Assembly: GCA_013375475.1 (NCBI GenBank)
Contig: JABXKD010000015.1
Span: 1-53,065 of the forward strand
Reading direction: 5' to 3'
Source: Promethearchaeota archaeon
GTDB lineage: Archaea; Asgardarchaeota; Lokiarchaeia; Sigyniarchaeales; SOKP01
Length of the DNA: 53,065 nucleotides
In this document: piece by piece, positions 50,252 to 53,065 of the stretch
How positions within the stretch are numbered: position 1 is the first letter of the stretch
Layout: every line of letters starts with the position of its first letter
Notes under the pieces: model-generated
What the model saw: only the letters and a program-made list of their open reading frames with translations
Databases searched by the model: none
What the model was told of the DNA's origin: nothing
Position numbers and translations under genes: made by a program

Positions 50252-51046
50252 TTACAATAGAAATTGAAATATAGCCTTTAGGACTAAATCTGGCTCTTCG
50301 ACAAAAGGGGCATGTGCACTTTCAGAAAAAATTTTGACTCGTGAATTTGGTAGTAATTCGGCGAGAAGATATGCGTTATGGGGTGGTACTAAAACATCTT
50401 TCATTCCATGTAGTATTAACGTTGGGATTTTAAGATTTTTTAACCTATTGCATGTATCAAATAATTCAATTGCCTTAGTTTGTCGTAAATAACTTTGAGG
50501 ATCCATCGGCGCTTCAATCATATTTTGAGTCGCTAAATTGATCAGCTGAGGGTATTTTTCCATAAAATCAATTGAATAGAAGATTTTTAAATTTTCTTTA
50601 ACAATTTCTTCTGGATTCCTTCCTTTCCTCGGCTTCGCTAATATATCTAACACTTCTGGAGGTGCTAATACTGATTTATTTCCCCCACAACTTGTCGAAC
50701 ATAAAACAATCTTATCCGCCCTATTATAATTCAAAGCTAATTCTTGTGCGATATATCCCCCCATGGAATGTCCGAATATGTGAACATTATCTATGTTTAA
50801 GGCATTTAATAAACCAATCGCATCATCTGCTAATGTTCTTATGAAATAATCCTGTTGTGGATCCTCTGATTTTCCTGTTCCCCTATTGTCAAAAACTATA
50901 ACTTCAAAATGTTTTGCCAGTCCATTTATGAAGTATTTCCCCCACCAACTAATGTTTGCTCCAATTCCTAAAATCAATAATAGAGGAGGACCATCCCCAT
51001 AAATTTCGTAGTTCAATTTAAAGTTTTTAATCTCTAGTTTGGGCAT
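50252..51046 (-). CDS. Alpha/beta hydrolase
   Basis: FDNRGTGKS, GHSMGG, HGMKD and SAH motifs. Confidence 0.92.
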   Translation of the reverse strand: MPKLEIKNFKLNYEIYGDGPPLLLILGIGANISWWGKYFINGLAKHFEVIVFDNRGTGKSEDPQQDYFIRTLADDAIGLLNALNIDNVHIFGHSMGGYIAQELALNYNRADKIVLCSTSCGGNKSVLAPPEVLDILAKPRKGRNPEEIVKENLKIFYSIDFMEKYPQLINLATQNMIEAPMDPQSYLRQTKAIELFDTCNRLKNLKIPTLILHGMKDVLVPPHNAYLLAELLPNSRVKIFSESAHAPFVEEPDLVLKAIFQFLL

Positions 51047-51245
51047 AATATCTCAGTTTGCTCTCTTTTACATGAAGAAGCAATAATATCTATTTTATTT
51101 GAAGATAAAGATCTTTTTATTTTAAACCATGGTAAAATCCATTTGTTAACTACTGGAAAGTTCAAAAGATATAAAAATTTCAAGTAACTATATTCTTCAA
51201 ATTCAACTTTTATGAGGATTAACTGGTTTTAACACTTTTTTGAAC

Positions 51246-51330
51246 GCGGGAATTGCCAAGTCTGGTCTAAGGCGCTGGACTCAGAATCCAGTCCCGTAGG
51301 GGTTCGGGAGTTCGAATCTCCCTTCCCGCA
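51246..51330 (+). tRNA. tRNA-Leu(CAG), intronless, CCA not encoded
   Basis: Acceptor GCGGGAA/TTCCCGC-A, anticodon arm CTGGA-CTCAGAA-TCCAG, long variable arm, T arm GGGAG-TTCGAAT-CTCCC. Confidence 0.97.
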
Positions 51331-51415
51331 TTTAAACAATACTGAAAATTATGGCGTTCTTATAATCCCTGGACACTACCCTAAGGAAAAACATGTAGAA
51401 ATATAAATTGATAAT

Positions 51416-53065
51416 CTAAACTACTTCAAGGTCGTTTTCACAATGAGGACAGTAGAGAGGCAGAGTTTCTTCACATGGTTCTAAATCATCGTTACTAAGC
51501 ATTTTTCTCCAACAAACTAATTTTCCTTCTTTTTCAATCATATCACGTCCATGATGTTGGGGTATGATATTTTTAGTTTCACAAGTTTTGCAAATGATGT
51601 TTTTCGCATCACTTTCTAAATGTTCTACCGAGATGTCTTTAAATTTCGTTCTATATCTGAATATTGTCATTCCGTTAATTAATACTAAGAGGGAAACACC
51701 CATATCTCCTATTCCAACAGCAAGCCAAAGCGTCATTAAACCAATAACGGTTAAAATTGCGAATGTGACTTTAACGATAATCGATGTCCATATATTTTGT
51801 CTTATGATTCTATTAGTCTTCTTTGTAATATCAAAGAACGTCACTATTTTTTTCAAATCATCACTCATCACAATAACATCCGCTGTTTCTAAAGTTAAAT
51901 CTGTTGCCGAAGCTCCAATCGCAATTCCAAGATCTGATAACGCTAGAGCAGGAGCATCGTTTATACCATCACCTACCATCGCAACACCTTTATATTTTTT
52001 CTTTAATTCTTTAATTTCCTCTAGTTTCTGATCTGGAAGTAATTCACCATAGGAAGTATCGATATCCAAGCACGCACCAATAGTGTTACACACTAATTGA
52101 TTATCCCCTGAGATTATAGCTGATTTAAATCCTCGCTTTTTCAAACCATCGACTAAAAGAGGTGCTGATACTCTTAAAACATCTCGTATAGTGATAATTC
52201 CCAAAATTTTGTTGTTAGTTCCAAGTAATATCGGTATTGTTCCGGATAGTTCGATATCTTCAAAGATTTCTTCAGGAAGGTTAAATTTTAGTTCTTCAAG
52301 ATATTTTTTGCTTCCAACAAAATAAGTGTGTCCGTGAATTTCACCTTTAATACCTCTACCTTTGGAGATCTTAAAAGAATCAACTGTATATAAGGATAAA
52401 TCCATATATTTCGCCTGATTAACTATAGCTTTTCCAATTGGATGCTCCGAAAGAACCTCCAAACTCGCAGCTATTTTTATAATCTCTTGTTTATCGAGAG
52501 AATACTCATAAACATCAAAAACTTTTAAGTTCCCTTCGGTTAGAGTTCCAGTCTTGTCAAAAGCGATTAATTCAATCGAGTTTGCTTTTTCTATATATTT
52601 ATTTCCCTTAACAAGTATTCCTTCCTTTGCTAATTTTGTTAGAGCTGCTATGTTAGCTAGCGGAGTAGATAATGTGAGAGCGCAAGGACAAGAAACAACC
52701 AATAATATAAGCCCTCGGTAAAACCATGTGTTAAAATCTAAACTAAATAATAATGGGGGTATAAACATTACGAGAAGTGAACTAATTAATATGATAGGAG
52801 TATAATACCTGGCAAACTTCTCTATGAATCTTTCATTTTTACTCTTATTTTGACGAGCTAATTTGATACTCTCGGCTATTTTTGCGACTACGGTATTTGA
52901 GCTTTCTCTAATTACTTCTATATCGATAAAACTATCGCTATTCATACTAGCAGCATATATTTCATCGTTAATACTTTTAAAAACCGGAAGAGACTCCCCT
53001 GTTATTGCACTTTCATCGAGATAAGATTCACCTTTGACAATTTTTCCATCTATTGGTACTTTCAT
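51416..53065 (-). CDS. P1B heavy-metal ATPase (Zn/Cd/Pb type), N-terminus outside the window, with Cys/His-rich C-terminal domain
   Basis: TGES, CPC, DKTGT, SEHP and GDGINDAP motifs; IIVK and GDMG in the late TM helices. Confidence 0.92.
   Translation of the reverse strand: MKVPIDGKIVKGESYLDESAITGESLPVFKSINDEIYAASMNSDSFIDIEVIRESSNTVVAKIAESIKLARQNKSKNERFIEKFARYYTPIILISSLLVMFIPPLLFSLDFNTWFYRGLILLVVSCPCALTLSTPLANIAALTKLAKEGILVKGNKYIEKANSIELIAFDKTGTLTEGNLKVFDVYEYSLDKQEIIKIAASLEVLSEHPIGKAIVNQAKYMDLSLYTVDSFKISKGRGIKGEIHGHTYFVGSKKYLEELKFNLPEEIFEDIELSGTIPILLGTNNKILGIITIRDVLRVSAPLLVDGLKKRGFKSAIISGDNQLVCNTIGACLDIDTSYGELLPDQKLEEIKELKKKYKGVAMVGDGINDAPALALSDLGIAIGASATDLTLETADVIVMSDDLKKIVTFFDITKKTNRIIRQNIWTSIIVKVTFAILTVIGLMTLWLAVGIGDMGVSLLVLINGMTIFRYRTKFKDISVEHLESDAKNIICKTCETKNIIPQHHGRDMIEKEGKLVCWRKMLSNDDLEPCEETLPLYCPHCENDLEVV

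Noticed and set aside
51246-51416. tRNA intron or integration site at tRNA-Leu
   Set aside because: The cloverleaf is uninterrupted, and I saw no integrase or duplicated tRNA 3' end.
51564-52031. 155-aa plus-strand ORF and similar short antisense ORFs across the window
   Set aside because: They lie opposite well-supported genes and have no motifs of their own.
1-53065. CRISPR arrays, transposases, rRNA
   Set aside because: None seen by eye; short or degenerate elements could have been missed.

Overview
AT-rich archaeal DNA. The gene content (roadblock-Rab fusion, gelsolin-X, membrane-TIR and membrane-longin-like proteins, archaeal mevalonate enzymes) points to an Asgard archaeon, probably Lokiarchaeia; this is inference. 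Bases ~0.9-25 kb form an isoprenoid supercluster: a cis-prenyltransferase, two extended HMG-CoA synthases, HMG-CoA reductase, mevalonate kinase, both the AcnX/UbiD/UbiX route and an MvaD-family decarboxylase, IP kinase, IDI-2, GGPP synthase, geranylgeranyl reductase and a C40 carotenoid set (crtB, crtI, crtY, crtD, cruF, crtZ). The rest holds a GH38 mannosidase, two orphan DNA methyltransferases, eukaryotic-signature genes, an MttB/corrinoid/PLP-lyase module, tRNA-Leu(CAG) and a P1B ATPase. The top finding, missed by the ORF track, is in the cis-prenyltransferase gene (932..1669, minus). A 30-nt insert with two in-frame stops (1591..1620) splits its catalytic DGNRR motif. The insert folds into a bulge-helix-bulge (BHB) structure whose canonical cut sites restore the motif exactly, making it a candidate endonuclease-spliced mRNA intron. 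All calls come from reading motifs by eye; no searches or folding programs were run.
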